This document shows, piece by piece, positions 9,357 to 19,538 of a DNA stretch of 32,000 nt; the first letter of the stretch is position 1, and each line of letters starts with the position of its first letter. The stretch lies in the NCBI RefSeq assembly GCF_900167395.1, contig NZ_FUWK01000011.1, positions 1-32,000 on the forward strand. The letters run 5' to 3'. The position numbers and the translations under genes are program-made. A model generated the notes under the pieces. That model had not been told where the DNA came from and did no database searches. It worked only from the letters and a program-made list of their open reading frames with translations. This DNA comes from Nitrosomonas europaea. GTDB taxonomy: Bacteria > Pseudomonadota > Gammaproteobacteria > Burkholderiales > Nitrosomonadaceae.

Positions 9357-9397
9357 GAATGTAACCAAACAAAACATTTATTTGGTTACATTCTTTT
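9357..9397 (+). terminator. Rho-independent terminator (13-bp perfect stem gaatgtaaccaaa/tttggttacattc followed by TTTT)
   Basis: Read directly: stem 9357-9369 and 9381-9393, T-run 9394-9397. Located between the convergent 8707-9336 gene and rdgC. Confidence 0.7.
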
Positions 9398-9447
9398 ATA
9401 AGAAATACTGGAAACAACGTTTTATCAGAGAAGCACTACTCTGGGCG

Positions 9448-10332
9448 CTAGTCAGCTGTCATTCCACCTAATATCTCAACCAAGTCCGGCAACAATTGCC
9501 GCAATTCTTCCGTCATCAGAAAAAAATTGCTGTCAAACTGCTCTTCAGCTGTTTCAGCCGGTTCCCGGTCGATATCGAGCAAAGTCAGCCGTTTCAGCTG
9601 CAGATTTTCATCCAGAATGAACGAGATTTTGTCTCGCCAGGTCATCGCCAGCCTGATGACTTCCTTACCCGTCCGGACATGCCGGGTGATTTCCTGTGGA
9701 TCGGGTGACTGCCGGATATAGCTCACTGAAACCTTCTTATCCTCACGACTGCGGAAAATACTGTCACTATCGACCGAAAAAATGGCAGGCGGATCATCGC
9801 CTGAAAGCCATGCCGTCATGGCGGATGTCGGTGCCATAGTTGTCCTGATGCGTTTCAGCCCGATACCAGTCGATTTGATGAATGCTTCAATCAGGGCATC
9901 CGCTTTAGAAGCACTTGCGCCTTCAACAATGAACCAGCCACCCACCGGATCGATCCATGCATGACTCCGCTGCCGGATGGCAAACGCACGCGATAACAGT
10001 TCACGATAAGCTGCTTCCTTGATTTCTTTCATTTGTTTGCGGCCAGGCGCATAACCCTGATGCGATTCCATTTCCTGAGCACGTACTTTGGCCAGCTGAT
10101 TGACGACGGATGCAGGCAGCAGCTTTTTCTCAGTTCCCAGCGCAATCAGCATCTGCTGTCCGTAGCTGTAAACCAGATCGGCCTCTGCGATCCCCGGTGG
10201 AACCCACCCCCGGCTTTGGGGTTCCAGCCCCAGACAACCCTGCAAGGTTTGTTTTGCCAGATACGCTTCAAGTTCGTCCGAGGTAATCACTTCACCGGCA
10301 AGACGGTAAATCAGTAAATTTCTAAACCACAT
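9448..10332 (-). CDS. rdgC: Recombination-associated protein RdgC
   Basis: 294 aa with the characteristic N-terminus MWFRNLLIYRL and overall RdgC-like sequence. Confidence 0.9.
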   Translation of the reverse strand: MWFRNLLIYRLAGEVITSDELEAYLAKQTLQGCLGLEPQSRGWVPPGIAEADLVYSYGQQMLIALGTEKKLLPASVVNQLAKVRAQEMESHQGYAPGRKQMKEIKEAAYRELLSRAFAIRQRSHAWIDPVGGWFIVEGASASKADALIEAFIKSTGIGLKRIRTTMAPTSAMTAWLSGDDPPAIFSVDSDSIFRSREDKKVSVSYIRQSPDPQEITRHVRTGKEVIRLAMTWRDKISFILDENLQLKRLTLLDIDREPAETAEEQFDSNFFLMTEELRQLLPDLVEILGGMTAD

Positions 10333-10479
10333 ATACTCGTATCAATCGAAAATTCCATCAGAACAGAAGGCAAGAAATGCAGTATAAAAAGAAGAATCGC
10401 TCACAGCAGGAGGTTGCATGACTGGCAAAGAGGGTAATCTTTGTTTTTGTACAAAGCAGATTCCGAAAAGCTGTTTTTT

Positions 10480-10555
10480 TGGCGCCCTGGAGACGAATCG
10501 AACGTCCGACCTACCCCTTAGGAGGGGGTCGCTCTATCCCCTGAGCTACCAGGGC
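10480..10555 (-). tRNA. tRNA-Arg (anticodon CCT), CCA encoded
   Basis: Hand-folded reverse complement: GCCCTGG-TA-GCTC AGGGGAT AGAGC-G-ACCCC CTCCTAA GGGGT-AGGTC-GGACG TTCGATT CGTCT-CCAGGGC-G-CCA. This gives a 7-bp acceptor stem, a TTCGA T-loop and anticodon CCT. Confidence 0.9.
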
Positions 10556-10631
10556 GGGGGCTGCATTTTACGCCAAAATGCCGGGTGAACGAAATCCATA
10601 GCTGCTCCCGGAACAGGAAGAAATCAGCCTG

Positions 10632-11435
10632 CTACCAGATTTCCCACCAGGATTTTCCTTTCACTGCGCCGGAATCTGTGAGATAGATACTTTCCGGGAA
10701 ATTTTTTCTGATGACCTTTTCCACGTCTTCACGCAAATCGGTCATACCGAGTTCACCGTAGGCTACCGCCATGATATACAGAGCATCCTCCGTGGCAGGG
10801 GTCTGCGGATATTCCTCCAGTATGAACTGGGCGCGCTTGATGGCAGCCACATAAGCTTTCCGCTTCATGTAATATTGTGCGACGTGAATTTCGCCTCTTG
10901 CCAGTGCATTGACCAGGTACGCCATACGCTGAAGCGCATCGGGCGTATATTTGCTGTCCGGATAACGTGTCACCAGTTGCTTCAGACTTTCGAACGACTC
11001 CCGTGAAGCTTTGGCATCCCGTTCACTCATATCCTGTTTGATGATCTTGTGAGTGATATATCCCATCAGGCCCTGATCATCGTTAAAGCTTGCCAGGCCC
11101 TTGATATAATAGGCGTAATCAATATTCTGGTGATGAGGATAAAGCTGGATGAACCGCTCTGCCGCAGCAATGGCTGAAGCGTGCTCCTGATCCTTATAAT
11201 AGGCGTAGGCTATTTCGAGCTGCGCCTGCTGGGCATAACGTCCATAGGGGTAACGAGCCTCCAGTGCTTCGAACAGTTTGACCGCAGCTGCATAGTTACC
11301 TTCGTTGAGTTCGTTTTTAGCCTCGACATAGAACTTGCTCGCAGACCATTTACTGTGATCAACCGTTTTCTCAGATAAGATGCCGCATGCAGCCAGCATT
11401 ACCACCAACCACCCTGCCAAAAATTGTCGCAACAT
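10632..11435 (-). CDS. bamD: Outer membrane protein assembly factor BamD (TPR lipoprotein)
   Basis: Start chosen at the Met giving MLRQFLAGWLVVMLAACG (lipobox LAAC). TPR-like repeats. Divergent from rluD, as in many proteobacteria. Confidence 0.85.
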   Translation of the reverse strand: MLRQFLAGWLVVMLAACGILSEKTVDHSKWSASKFYVEAKNELNEGNYAAAVKLFEALEARYPYGRYAQQAQLEIAYAYYKDQEHASAIAAAERFIQLYPHHQNIDYAYYIKGLASFNDDQGLMGYITHKIIKQDMSERDAKASRESFESLKQLVTRYPDSKYTPDALQRMAYLVNALARGEIHVAQYYMKRKAYVAAIKRAQFILEEYPQTPATEDALYIMAVAYGELGMTDLREDVEKVIRKNFPESIYLTDSGAVKGKSWWEIW

Positions 11436-12468
11436 GATGAACCGTCTCATTAACGAGCAAGATGGGCGCAATTATAGCGCAAAGCCCGACTCATCCGCAG
11501 CCGGCAGTCAGGAGAATGAAAACACCATCGAACTGACTGTACCCGATAATCTCGCAGGGCTGCGCCTGGATCAGGCCTTGGCGCAACTGCTTCCCCAGTG
11601 GTCACGCAGCCGGTTACAAGGATGGATCGAACAAAAATGTGTCAGCGTGGATAGCGCGGCAGCAACCTGCAAACAGAAGGTATGGGGGGGAGAATCCATT
11701 CGTGTAATTGCCGGCCAGACTGAAAACGATCAAAGCCATCAGGCGGAGGCCATTCCACTCAAAATCCTGTTCGAAGATGACCACCTGATTATCATCGATA
11801 AACCTGCCGGCCTGGTCGTCCATCCGGGAAACGGTAACTGGCATGGAACCCTGCTGAACGCACTGCTCAATCATGCCCCGCAGCTCAGCCAGGTACCACG
11901 CGCCGGTATCGTTCACCGGCTGGACAAGGATACCACCGGCCTGCTGGTCGTCGCTAAAACGATCGAGGCACAGTTCGATCTGGCCAGACAATTGCAGCAA
12001 CGCACTGTCAAACGCCATTATCTCGCACTCGTGCTAGGTAAACTTGAAAAAGATGGCGTAGTAGATGCGCCGATTGGCAGACACCCCATCCACCGCACCC
12101 GCATGGCAGTCGTTCAGAATGGCAAACCGGCACGCACGCATTACCGGGTGCTGGAAAAATTTACTGCCAGCACATTGCTGCACTGCAGCCTGGAAACCGG
12201 GCGCACACACCAGATTCGCGTTCATCTGCTGTCCATCGGCCATCCACTTGCAGGAGATCCGGTATATGGCAGAACATCCCCTGATCCATCGACAGCAGAT
12301 GCAGTTGTACGCCTGCCCAGACAAGCGCTGCATGCCTGGCAGCTCGAACTGACACACCCTCACAGCGGACAAATTCTACTTTGGGAATCCCCACTGCCGG
12401 ACGATATGGCCGCTTTATTGCAGGCAATACGCAACCTGCCTCATTCCTCTGTTTCCAGGCCACTATAA
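11434..12468 (+). CDS. rluD: 23S rRNA pseudouridine synthase RluD (RluA family)
   Basis: S4-like N-terminal domain (GLRLDQALAQLLPQWSRSRLQGWI) and catalytic motif HRLDKDTTGLLVVAK. The start is uncertain (11434/11437, or 11380 in the ORF track). Confidence 0.85.
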   Translation: MMNRLINEQDGRNYSAKPDSSAAGSQENENTIELTVPDNLAGLRLDQALAQLLPQWSRSRLQGWIEQKCVSVDSAAATCKQKVWGGESIRVIAGQTENDQSHQAEAIPLKILFEDDHLIIIDKPAGLVVHPGNGNWHGTLLNALLNHAPQLSQVPRAGIVHRLDKDTTGLLVVAKTIEAQFDLARQLQQRTVKRHYLALVLGKLEKDGVVDAPIGRHPIHRTRMAVVQNGKPARTHYRVLEKFTASTLLHCSLETGRTHQIRVHLLSIGHPLAGDPVYGRTSPDPSTADAVVRLPRQALHAWQLELTHPHSGQILLWESPLPDDMAALLQAIRNLPHSSVSRPL

Positions 12469-12678
12469 ACGGAATTTGTTTACCTGTTCTCCATGAACTT
12501 CGCCCAAAACGCAGATAAACCATGGTTTCTTGCCCGAAATAAAACAGTCGGCCTATTTATTCGATGCCAGCCCGACGGTACAATGTCACCCTTCGTACTT
12601 GCCTGATTTTTCCCAGTCGGGCACATGCATTCATACAAATCGTTTCCCAAGTAAATAAACACCTTTTGGAGAAAAACT

Positions 12679-14085
12679 GTGGCAGCTGATGTTTTAAAAA
12701 TGATTCAGGATCATGAAGTCAAGTTCGTTGATCTGCGCTTCACCGACACCAACGGCAAAGAACATCATGTCACGGTCCCCGCACATACCTTCGATACCGA
12801 TAAATTTGAAGATGGCCACGCATTCGACGGATCCTCTATTGCCGGCTGGAAAAACATTCACGCGTCCGACATGCTGCTCATGCCCGACCCGGAAACCGCC
12901 GCACTGGATCCTTTCATGGAAGAAACCACACTGCTGCTGACCTGCGATGTCGTCGATCCTGCTGACGGGCAGGGATACAACCGTGATCCGCGCTCACTGG
13001 CCAAACGCGGTGAGACTTATCTGAAATCCACCGGTATCGGCGATATCGCCTACTTTGGCCCGGAGCTGGAATTTTTCATTTTTGATTCGGTCCGCTGGCA
13101 TACCGACATGTCCGGATGTTTCGTCAAAATCGAATCGGAAGAAGCTGCCTGGAGCTCCAAAAAACGCTACGAAAAAAGCAATAACGGTTATCGGCCCGCA
13201 GTCAAAGGCGGATACATGCCGGTACCGCCAGTGGATTCCCTGCACGACATCCGCTCGGCTATGTGCATGGTGCTTGATGAACTGGGCATTCCCGTCGAAG
13301 TTCATCACCATGAAGTCGCCAATGCCGGGCAGTGCGAGATTGGTACCCGTTTCAGCAGCCTGGTAAAACGTGCCGACTGGAACCAATTGATGAAATACGT
13401 CATCCACAATATCGCCGTTTCCTATGGCAAAACAGCGACATTCATGCCCAAACCGATCGTCGGTGACAATGGTTCCGGCATGCACGTCCATCAGTCGATC
13501 TGGAAAGAAGGCAAAAATCTGTTTGCCGGTAACGGCTATGCCGGTATGTCGGAAACCGCGCTGTATTACATCGGCGGCATTATCCGGCACGCCAAGGCAC
13601 TGAATGCCTTTGCCAATCCCGGTACCAATTCGTATAAAAGACTGGTGGCCGGTTTCGAAGCGCCGGTCAACATCGCCTACTCCGCCAGCAACCGGTCAGC
13701 CGCTGTTCGCATCCCCTATGCCAGCAGCCCGAAGCAGCGCCGTATCGAAATCCGTTTCCCGGATCCCAGCGCCAACCCTTATCTCACCTTTACTGCTCTG
13801 CTGATGGCGGGACTGGATGGTATTCAAAACAAAATCCATCCTGGCGACCCCATGGATAAAAACCTTTATGACCTGCCCCCGGAAGAAGCTTCGATGGTGC
13901 CCAATACCTGTGCTTCACTGGAAGAAGCGCTGGCAAGCTTGGATAGCGATCGTGAATTCCTGACACGCGGCAACGTATTCTCCAACGACATGATCGATGC
14001 TTTTATCAAGCTCAAGTCGGAAGAAGCGACATTATTGCGTACCACGACACACCCTGTTGAATTTGCCCTGTATTACAGTCTGTAA
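12679..14085 (+). CDS. glnA: Glutamine synthetase type I
   Basis: 468 aa. N-terminus ...[20 protein letters not shown], plus [10 protein letters not shown] and other GSI signatures. GTG start at 12679 is preceded by GGAG; an alternative ATG lies at 12700. Confidence 0.95.
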   Translation: MAADVLKMIQDHEVKFVDLRFTDTNGKEHHVTVPAHTFDTDKFEDGHAFDGSSIAGWKNIHASDMLLMPDPETAALDPFMEETTLLLTCDVVDPADGQGYNRDPRSLAKRGETYLKSTGIGDIAYFGPELEFFIFDSVRWHTDMSGCFVKIESEEAAWSSKKRYEKSNNGYRPAVKGGYMPVPPVDSLHDIRSAMCMVLDELGIPVEVHHHEVANAGQCEIGTRFSSLVKRADWNQLMKYVIHNIAVSYGKTATFMPKPIVGDNGSGMHVHQSIWKEGKNLFAGNGYAGMSETALYYIGGIIRHAKALNAFANPGTNSYKRLVAGFEAPVNIAYSASNRSAAVRIPYASSPKQRRIEIRFPDPSANPYLTFTALLMAGLDGIQNKIHPGDPMDKNLYDLPPEEASMVPNTCASLEEALASLDSDREFLTRGNVFSNDMIDAFIKLKSEEATLLRTTTHPVEFALYYSL

Positions 14086-14240
14086 AAAAGCGATATTTAT
14101 CTGCGTTTATTCATAAGTCACCATACCAGCAGCCAGGCTTAGAATCTGACACATCCCGGATCGGATTCCGTGCTCTTCACCACCGTGGAACACGGAATTC
14201 CGGTTTGAAACTATCCATTTTAGAATCGGGGGTGTTCTCC

Positions 14241-14738
14241 ATGAAACGAACCTACTGCACCATCATGCTGACTGGAGCTCTGTCGTTCGGTCTTTCTACT
14301 GCCTGCACAGCTTCCGGTATCCATAAACTGGTGGATGAACGCGGGCGCGTCATTTTCACTAATGATCCTGCTAAAAATACCAGGCAAATTCAGTCATCCA
14401 AATCAGTGTCGGTAGTCCCCTCGCGCCGGAACGGCACCAGCACCGAACCTATCACAGTCGCCATTACCGGCAGCAATTACCCCAGAGTCAGCAAGCTCCA
14501 GCAGGACCAGCGAGACAGCAAACGCAGGCAGATACTTTCCCAGGAGCTTGCCAACGAAACCAGATTGCTGGAAGATGCCCTGAAAACCATTGATCTGACG
14601 CAACAGAAAACGGATAACTACTTACCAGGCCGCCCGTACTTTACGTCAGATCATTTCGATATTCTGCAGCTGCGCAATCAGGCCGCAGCACACGAACGCA
14701 ATATCGAAGCACTCAAAATGGAACTCAACAACCTTTAA
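14241..14738 (+). CDS. DUF4124-like secreted protein
   Basis: Start at MKRTYCTIMLTGALSFGLSTA (signal peptide). HKLVDERGRVIFTNDP resembles the DUF4124 motif (W/Y-x-D-x-x-G-x-x-x-F/Y-S/T-D). C-terminal coiled-coil-like region. Confidence 0.55.
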   Translation: MKRTYCTIMLTGALSFGLSTACTASGIHKLVDERGRVIFTNDPAKNTRQIQSSKSVSVVPSRRNGTSTEPITVAITGSNYPRVSKLQQDQRDSKRRQILSQELANETRLLEDALKTIDLTQQKTDNYLPGRPYFTSDHFDILQLRNQAAAHERNIEALKMELNNL

Positions 14739-14785
14739 TGCATCCCGGATGCAGGCAATTCAGTTCTGCAGCCTGATCCAAACAA

Positions 14786-16753
14786 CTAATTTCCCAGGCC
14801 CGGTACCTGGATTTCGGCTTCCTGCGCAAGATACACCCAGTCCACGATCTCCTGGCTGGGTGTATAACCGGGAACGAGTTGTTCCATCATCAACCGGATT
14901 ACGCTGACATCATTCACATTGAGCGCCACCTCCAGCGCACTCAGCTTGTCTTCCAGATCTGCCCAGGGAACGAACTCCTCACGTGCTTTCATGATTCGTG
15001 GATGTGAGGTCGGTTCCAGGTCATCACCGATCAGCAACTCTTCATAGAGTTTTTCTCCGGGACGTAAACCAGTAATCACGATTTCGATATCTCCTTCCGG
15101 ATTCTGCTCATCCCTGATTTTCAGTCCGGAGAGCTCAACCATGCGGTGTGCTAAATCAATGATCTTGACCGACTGCCCCATGTCCAGCACAAATACACCT
15201 CCCCCTTTCGCCATGGCTCCCGCCTGAATGACCAGTTGAGCGGCTTCCGGAATAGTCATGAAATAGCGGGTAATTTCAGGGTGAGTCAGCGTAATCGGGC
15301 CACCTTCACGGATCTGCCGGCGGAAGCGCGGTACCACCGAACCTGAAGAACCCAGTACATTGCCAAAACGCACTATGGAGAATCGGGTGGCGGAACCCCT
15401 GTCTGCAAGCGCCTGCAGCACCATTTCAGCCAAACGCTTGCTCGCACCCATGATATTGGTAGGCCGCACCGCCTTATCCGTACTGATCAGCACGAAATCC
15501 GCCACACCGTTCTCCTCAGCCGCCTGTGCGAGGCAAAGCGTACCCAGTGCGTTATTCTTGATGCCTTCCGCCGGATTGTGCTCCACCAGCGGTACATGTT
15601 TATAGGCCGCTGCGTGATAAACGGTATCAGGATGCCAGGTAGACATGATCTCGCACATTCGATCTTCATCCTGCACCGAAGCCAGAAGAGGTACCAGCAC
15701 GATCTCACGGCTGGCAAGCTTTTCCTCCAGCTCCTGGTGAATCAGATAAAGTGCAAACTCATTCTGCTCGATCAGCAACAGCCTGGCGGGTCCGACAGCA
15801 AGAATCTGGCGACACAACTCGCTGCCGATCGATCCGCCCGCTCCTGTCACCAGTACCACCTTGTCCAGGATATTCTTCGCCAGCAGGATATGGTTGGGCA
15901 TTACCGGCTCACGGCCAAGCAAATCATCGATATCCAGCTCACGCAGATCTGCAATACTGACTCTGCCCTGAATTAGATCCGCCATGCTGGGCAGGGTGCG
16001 CACCGAGACACGTGCACTGCGGATCTGGCTCAGGATTTCATTACGACGACGGCGCGAGATACCAGGCATCGCCAGCAGTACATCGCTGATGTTCAGCGTC
16101 AGAACCAGCCCGGTCAGATCACCTGGATTATAGATAGGCAAACCGTTGAGCACATGTCCGTGCAAACGATCGTCATCATCCAGAAATCCCACTACCTGTA
16201 TTTCCGGGCTGTTGGTCATGACCGAGGCCAGCTGACGACCCGTCCGGCCAACACCATAAATAAGGGCTTTGGGCTGGGAGGCGCGCTTCAGGATATTCTG
16301 GTATTGATCTCCCAGCCACACACGAGCCATTGCGCGCGATGCACCTACAAACAGCAGAAGCAGAATCGGCTGGATGATACCGACTGTTCGCGGAACACCC
16401 GGCAGCCCGATCACCGTAAACATGGATGCATAAGCCAGTCCGTAAATACCGATTGCACGTGCCACGGCCAGCAACGCCGGCCAGCCGCTGTACCGGAAGA
16501 TGGCGCGGTAAAGACCGGTTACGATAAAAATGGGCAGCGCCAGTACGACCGAAGCGGCCGCAGCCCGAACAGCACCTGTCGCCCAGTAGCCCTGTCCGGA
16601 AAAACTGATGAATTCACCCAAGCGCAGGTAATAAGCCAGCCATACCGTCAGAATACATAAACTGAGGTCAACTGAAAGCACAACCATACGTTTTGCCGTA
16701 CGGGGCAATGCCAGGACCGGAGATGCAAGCTGTGCAAGGTATTTTTCCAGCAT
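14786..16753 (-). CDS. Membrane-bound nucleotide-sugar 4,6-dehydratase/epimerase, CapD/WbpM/PglF family
   Basis: N-terminal TM segments followed by two Rossmann regions (VLVTGAGGSIGSEL; YHAAAYKHVP with the YxxxK motif). ATG at 16753 is preferred; the ORF track uses the GTG at 16762. Confidence 0.85.
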   Translation of the reverse strand: MLEKYLAQLASPVLALPRTAKRMVVLSVDLSLCILTVWLAYYLRLGEFISFSGQGYWATGAVRAAAASVVLALPIFIVTGLYRAIFRYSGWPALLAVARAIGIYGLAYASMFTVIGLPGVPRTVGIIQPILLLLFVGASRAMARVWLGDQYQNILKRASQPKALIYGVGRTGRQLASVMTNSPEIQVVGFLDDDDRLHGHVLNGLPIYNPGDLTGLVLTLNISDVLLAMPGISRRRRNEILSQIRSARVSVRTLPSMADLIQGRVSIADLRELDIDDLLGREPVMPNHILLAKNILDKVVLVTGAGGSIGSELCRQILAVGPARLLLIEQNEFALYLIHQELEEKLASREIVLVPLLASVQDEDRMCEIMSTWHPDTVYHAAAYKHVPLVEHNPAEGIKNNALGTLCLAQAAEENGVADFVLISTDKAVRPTNIMGASKRLAEMVLQALADRGSATRFSIVRFGNVLGSSGSVVPRFRRQIREGGPITLTHPEITRYFMTIPEAAQLVIQAGAMAKGGGVFVLDMGQSVKIIDLAHRMVELSGLKIRDEQNPEGDIEIVITGLRPGEKLYEELLIGDDLEPTSHPRIMKAREEFVPWADLEDKLSALEVALNVNDVSVIRLMMEQLVPGYTPSQEIVDWVYLAQEAEIQVPGLGN

Positions 16754-16761
16754 GATGTTCA

Positions 16762-17379
16762 CTACCCGGATTTTTTTCTTACGCGATCACCTGTACCACG
16801 CCCCAGTGCCGTCAGCAGGATGTATCTGAAACAGGATGTCAGCGATAATGTTTTGATCATCTGTGCATCGATTTCCGCCAGTAAAACGGGGGTAGACATA
16901 TCGATCCCCTGAATCTGCGCCAACCCCGTAATACCAGGGCGTACATCGAACACACCCCGAAGCTGCCGTTCCCTGATCAACTCATGCTGATTTGGCAGGC
17001 ACGGGCGGGGGCCCACCAGACTCATCTCCCCCTTGAGAACATTCCATAGCTGGGGCAATTCATCCAGCTTGGTTTGGCGCAGAAAACCGCCAAAAGGAGT
17101 CACTGCAGAGGCATCGGCCAGATGAGTGGCCACCGAAGCCGTCCCTGGCCGCATGGTACGGAATTTGACCAGAGTAAATGGTTGCTGCCGCCGGCCCACC
17201 CTGATCTGCCGAAACAGCGGGGAGCCGGTATCAAACAACCCGATTACGTAAAGAACCACCATAAGCGGCAAAGTCACCAGAATGCCCGGAATTACCAGCA
17301 CGATATCCAGTAAACGCAACATTACCTCTCGGTTCACGAAAAGCGGGCTTTCTCTTGTTTTGCCGCTCATCTGCCTCAC
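16762..17379 (-). CDS. Undecaprenyl-phosphate sugar phosphotransferase (bacterial sugar transferase family, PglC/WbaP C-terminal-like)
   Basis: 205 aa, one re-entrant/TM helix. Motifs [42 protein letters not shown] and RPGITGLAQ. Confidence 0.85.
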   Translation of the reverse strand: MRQMSGKTRESPLFVNREVMLRLLDIVLVIPGILVTLPLMVVLYVIGLFDTGSPLFRQIRVGRRQQPFTLVKFRTMRPGTASVATHLADASAVTPFGGFLRQTKLDELPQLWNVLKGEMSLVGPRPCLPNQHELIRERQLRGVFDVRPGITGLAQIQGIDMSTPVLLAEIDAQMIKTLSLTSCFRYILLTALGRGTGDRVRKKSG

Positions 17380-17380
17380 A

Positions 17381-18328
17381 CTACGACTTCGTTTCCGGTT
17401 TATGCTGACGATACCACTGCACAGTCAGCGCCAGACCAGCCTGCATGCCGTAAGGCGGCAGCCAGCCCAGTTCTTTCTGTACGGGCATGCTGTCAACCGA
17501 AAGCGAGCCCGTCAAACGGTCGATTGCAGATCGTTTTCCCAATAAATCCCCCACCCGTCTCATCCAGGCTGCCGGTACAGGCAGCAGAAAACTTCCATGC
17601 CCCAGCACAGATCCAATCCGACGAATCAAGCCCGGGGTGGAAACATCCTCACCATCACTCACCATGAATGTTTTGCTGGCAGCATCAGGATGTGTCAGAC
17701 AAAGCCGGATGATATCCACCAGATTCCCGAGGTAAATCAGACTGCGCCGATTGTGAATCGCTCCCAGAGGCAGCGGTATTCGTCGATCTACCATCTGCAA
17801 TAACCGCAGGAAATTACCCCCTACGCCGGGCCCGTATACCAGTGGCGGACGCAGGATGACCACTTCCATCCCCGTTTCAGCAGATATCTGCCTAAGCGAC
17901 TGCTCTGCCTCCCATTTGGAGATGGCATAAGCATCACTCGGCACAGCAGAATCATCAGCCTGAAAGGGCTTATCGCACTCCTCGCCCAGCACTTTCACAG
18001 TGCTGATGAAAACAAATCGCCTGATACCTCTTGCCGCGCATTCCCGAGCCAGACGAACGGTACCCAGCGTGTTCACCCGGTGATATGAATCGGCTGCTTC
18101 TTTTTCCTTCTCTGCCAGCGGTACTTTGGCCGCCAGGTGAACGACACCATCGATACCTTCATCGAACACTCTGCTCCAGCTCGTTTCCCCATCCACTTCA
18201 CCAACTGAAATCTCCTCATACCTGGTGGATATACGCACTGCTCGAACGGCCCGCAAACCAGCTCTCTCCAGAGCCGGACATAACGTCTGCCCGACAAAGC
18301 CATTTGCACCCGTAACCAGAATGTTCAT
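17381..18328 (-). CDS. NAD-dependent sugar epimerase/dehydratase (extended SDR)
   Basis: Start chosen at MNILVTGANGFVG (GGAG Shine-Dalgarno upstream; avoids overlap with the upstream gene). YAISK matches the YxxxK catalytic motif. Confidence 0.8.
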   Translation of the reverse strand: MNILVTGANGFVGQTLCPALERAGLRAVRAVRISTRYEEISVGEVDGETSWSRVFDEGIDGVVHLAAKVPLAEKEKEAADSYHRVNTLGTVRLARECAARGIRRFVFISTVKVLGEECDKPFQADDSAVPSDAYAISKWEAEQSLRQISAETGMEVVILRPPLVYGPGVGGNFLRLLQMVDRRIPLPLGAIHNRRSLIYLGNLVDIIRLCLTHPDAASKTFMVSDGEDVSTPGLIRRIGSVLGHGSFLLPVPAAWMRRVGDLLGKRSAIDRLTGSLSVDSMPVQKELGWLPPYGMQAGLALTVQWYRQHKPETKS

Positions 18329-18342
18329 TTCAACTACTCCAT

Positions 18343-19092
18343 CTACTGCTCGGGCGTCTGAGGCAAACGCCCCCAATGTTTCCAGAAATAACGGATCAGA
18401 CTCAAAGCGTGCCACTTCATGTAGCGCAGATTCCGGCGGCTCGATCGCCGTGCATCATGAATAACGCTGGCCTTCGGGCACGCCAATACTGACCGCCCCG
18501 ATTTCCACAGGCGTGCACAAATATCGACATCCTCGTAATACAGAAAGAAGCCTTCATCAAAGCCCCCGACTGCACGAAAATCCTCAGTACGAAACAACAT
18601 GAACATACCCGCCACCCAGTCTGCTGCAAATGCCTCATCACCGGCAGCAAAGAGATACCGGCCATCTCCATGCCCGAACAGTTTTGCTGCCAGAGATGTC
18701 AATACAGGAAAACAACGCACGCTGTCCTCAATCATACCGCTTGGCGTAACCACCATCGGTGCGATCACACCTGCAGAATCATATGCTCCCTCCTCGATCA
18801 GGATCGGAAAAGGATTATTAATCAAACGAATATCAGGATTCATCACACAGAACCATTCCCCTTCTGCCTGCCGAAAGGCCGCATTGTGGTTCGCGCCAAA
18901 CCCTCTGGCTGCTGTGTTTCTTAATATCCTGACCGGATAAGGATAATCACCGGGCTTAGATGAAATATCTTCAGGGATATTGAGCGTAACCAGAACTTCG
19001 GTAACCATGGACATATCCAATCTAACCAAATCCGCGAGCAATTGCTCAACCAGGGTCGACTGGCCATGACTGACGATAGAAACAGTGATCAT
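18343..19092 (-). CDS. Glycosyltransferase family 2
   Basis: The N-terminus MITVSIVSHGQ..., NTAARGFGANHN and the DxD-like YYEDVD region are typical of GT2 (rhamnosyltransferase-like) enzymes. Confidence 0.8.
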   Translation of the reverse strand: MITVSIVSHGQSTLVEQLLADLVRLDMSMVTEVLVTLNIPEDISSKPGDYPYPVRILRNTAARGFGANHNAAFRQAEGEWFCVMNPDIRLINNPFPILIEEGAYDSAGVIAPMVVTPSGMIEDSVRCFPVLTSLAAKLFGHGDGRYLFAAGDEAFAADWVAGMFMLFRTEDFRAVGGFDEGFFLYYEDVDICARLWKSGRSVLACPKASVIHDARRSSRRNLRYMKWHALSLIRYFWKHWGRLPQTPEQ

Positions 19093-19127
19093 GTAACAAT
19101 ATTCTCAAAGATACTCAATATTGCAAC

Positions 19128-19538
19128 TTACCTCACTAACCAGTTTTCTACCTGCAATTCCCCAACCCGGGAAAATTTATCCAGATTGGCAGTAATCAGC
19201 ACACATTGACTTGCCATAGCCTGGGCCGTAATCAGCATATCGTTAGGCCCGATGACTTGTCCAGATTGCTCAAGCACCCAGCGCAATTGCGCATAAGCGC
19301 GGTCCACTGGCGTATCAAGCGGCAACACCTCGATTGCCGCCAGAATGGCTTCCACCTGCCTGGTCAGCCTTAAGGAATTTCTCCTGGCAGCCCCAAACCT
19401 CAATTCTGCGGCAACGATAATCGACGTACATACCGCTGCTTCACCAACTTCCTCAATTCGTCGGGCTATAACTCCTTGTGGATAGCGAACCAGATCAGAA
19501 AGAATATTCGTATCCAGTAAATAACGCGGTGAAATCAT
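19128..19538 (-). CDS. vapC: VapC PIN-domain toxin
   Basis: 136 aa. YLLDTNILSD gives the first PIN acidic residue. 4-bp overlap with the upstream antitoxin gene. Confidence 0.85.
   Translation of the reverse strand: MISPRYLLDTNILSDLVRYPQGVIARRIEEVGEAAVCTSIIVAAELRFGAARRNSLRLTRQVEAILAAIEVLPLDTPVDRAYAQLRWVLEQSGQVIGPNDMLITAQAMASQCVLITANLDKFSRVGELQVENWLVR

Noticed and set aside
12618-12635. Sigma-54 promoter upstream of glnA (GGGCAC-N5-TTCAT)
   Set aside because: The -24 GG/CAC part fits, but the -12 element lacks the conserved GC (TTCA instead of TTGC). I could not find flanking NtrC-type TGCACC...GGTGCA sites. The evidence is too weak to call.
12994-13590. 198-aa minus-strand ORF
   Set aside because: It is antisense to glnA, whose identity is unambiguous.
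14162-14202. Inverted repeat ggattccgtg...cacggaattcc after glnA, as a possible terminator
   Set aside because: The loop is about 18 nt, the stem is imperfect, and only a short TTT follows. It may still function, but it is not a convincing intrinsic terminator.
18329-18415. 29-aa N-terminal extension of the epimerase ORF
   Set aside because: It would overlap the upstream GT2 gene by 73 bp. MNILVTGANGFVG with a GGAG Shine-Dalgarno is the family-typical start.
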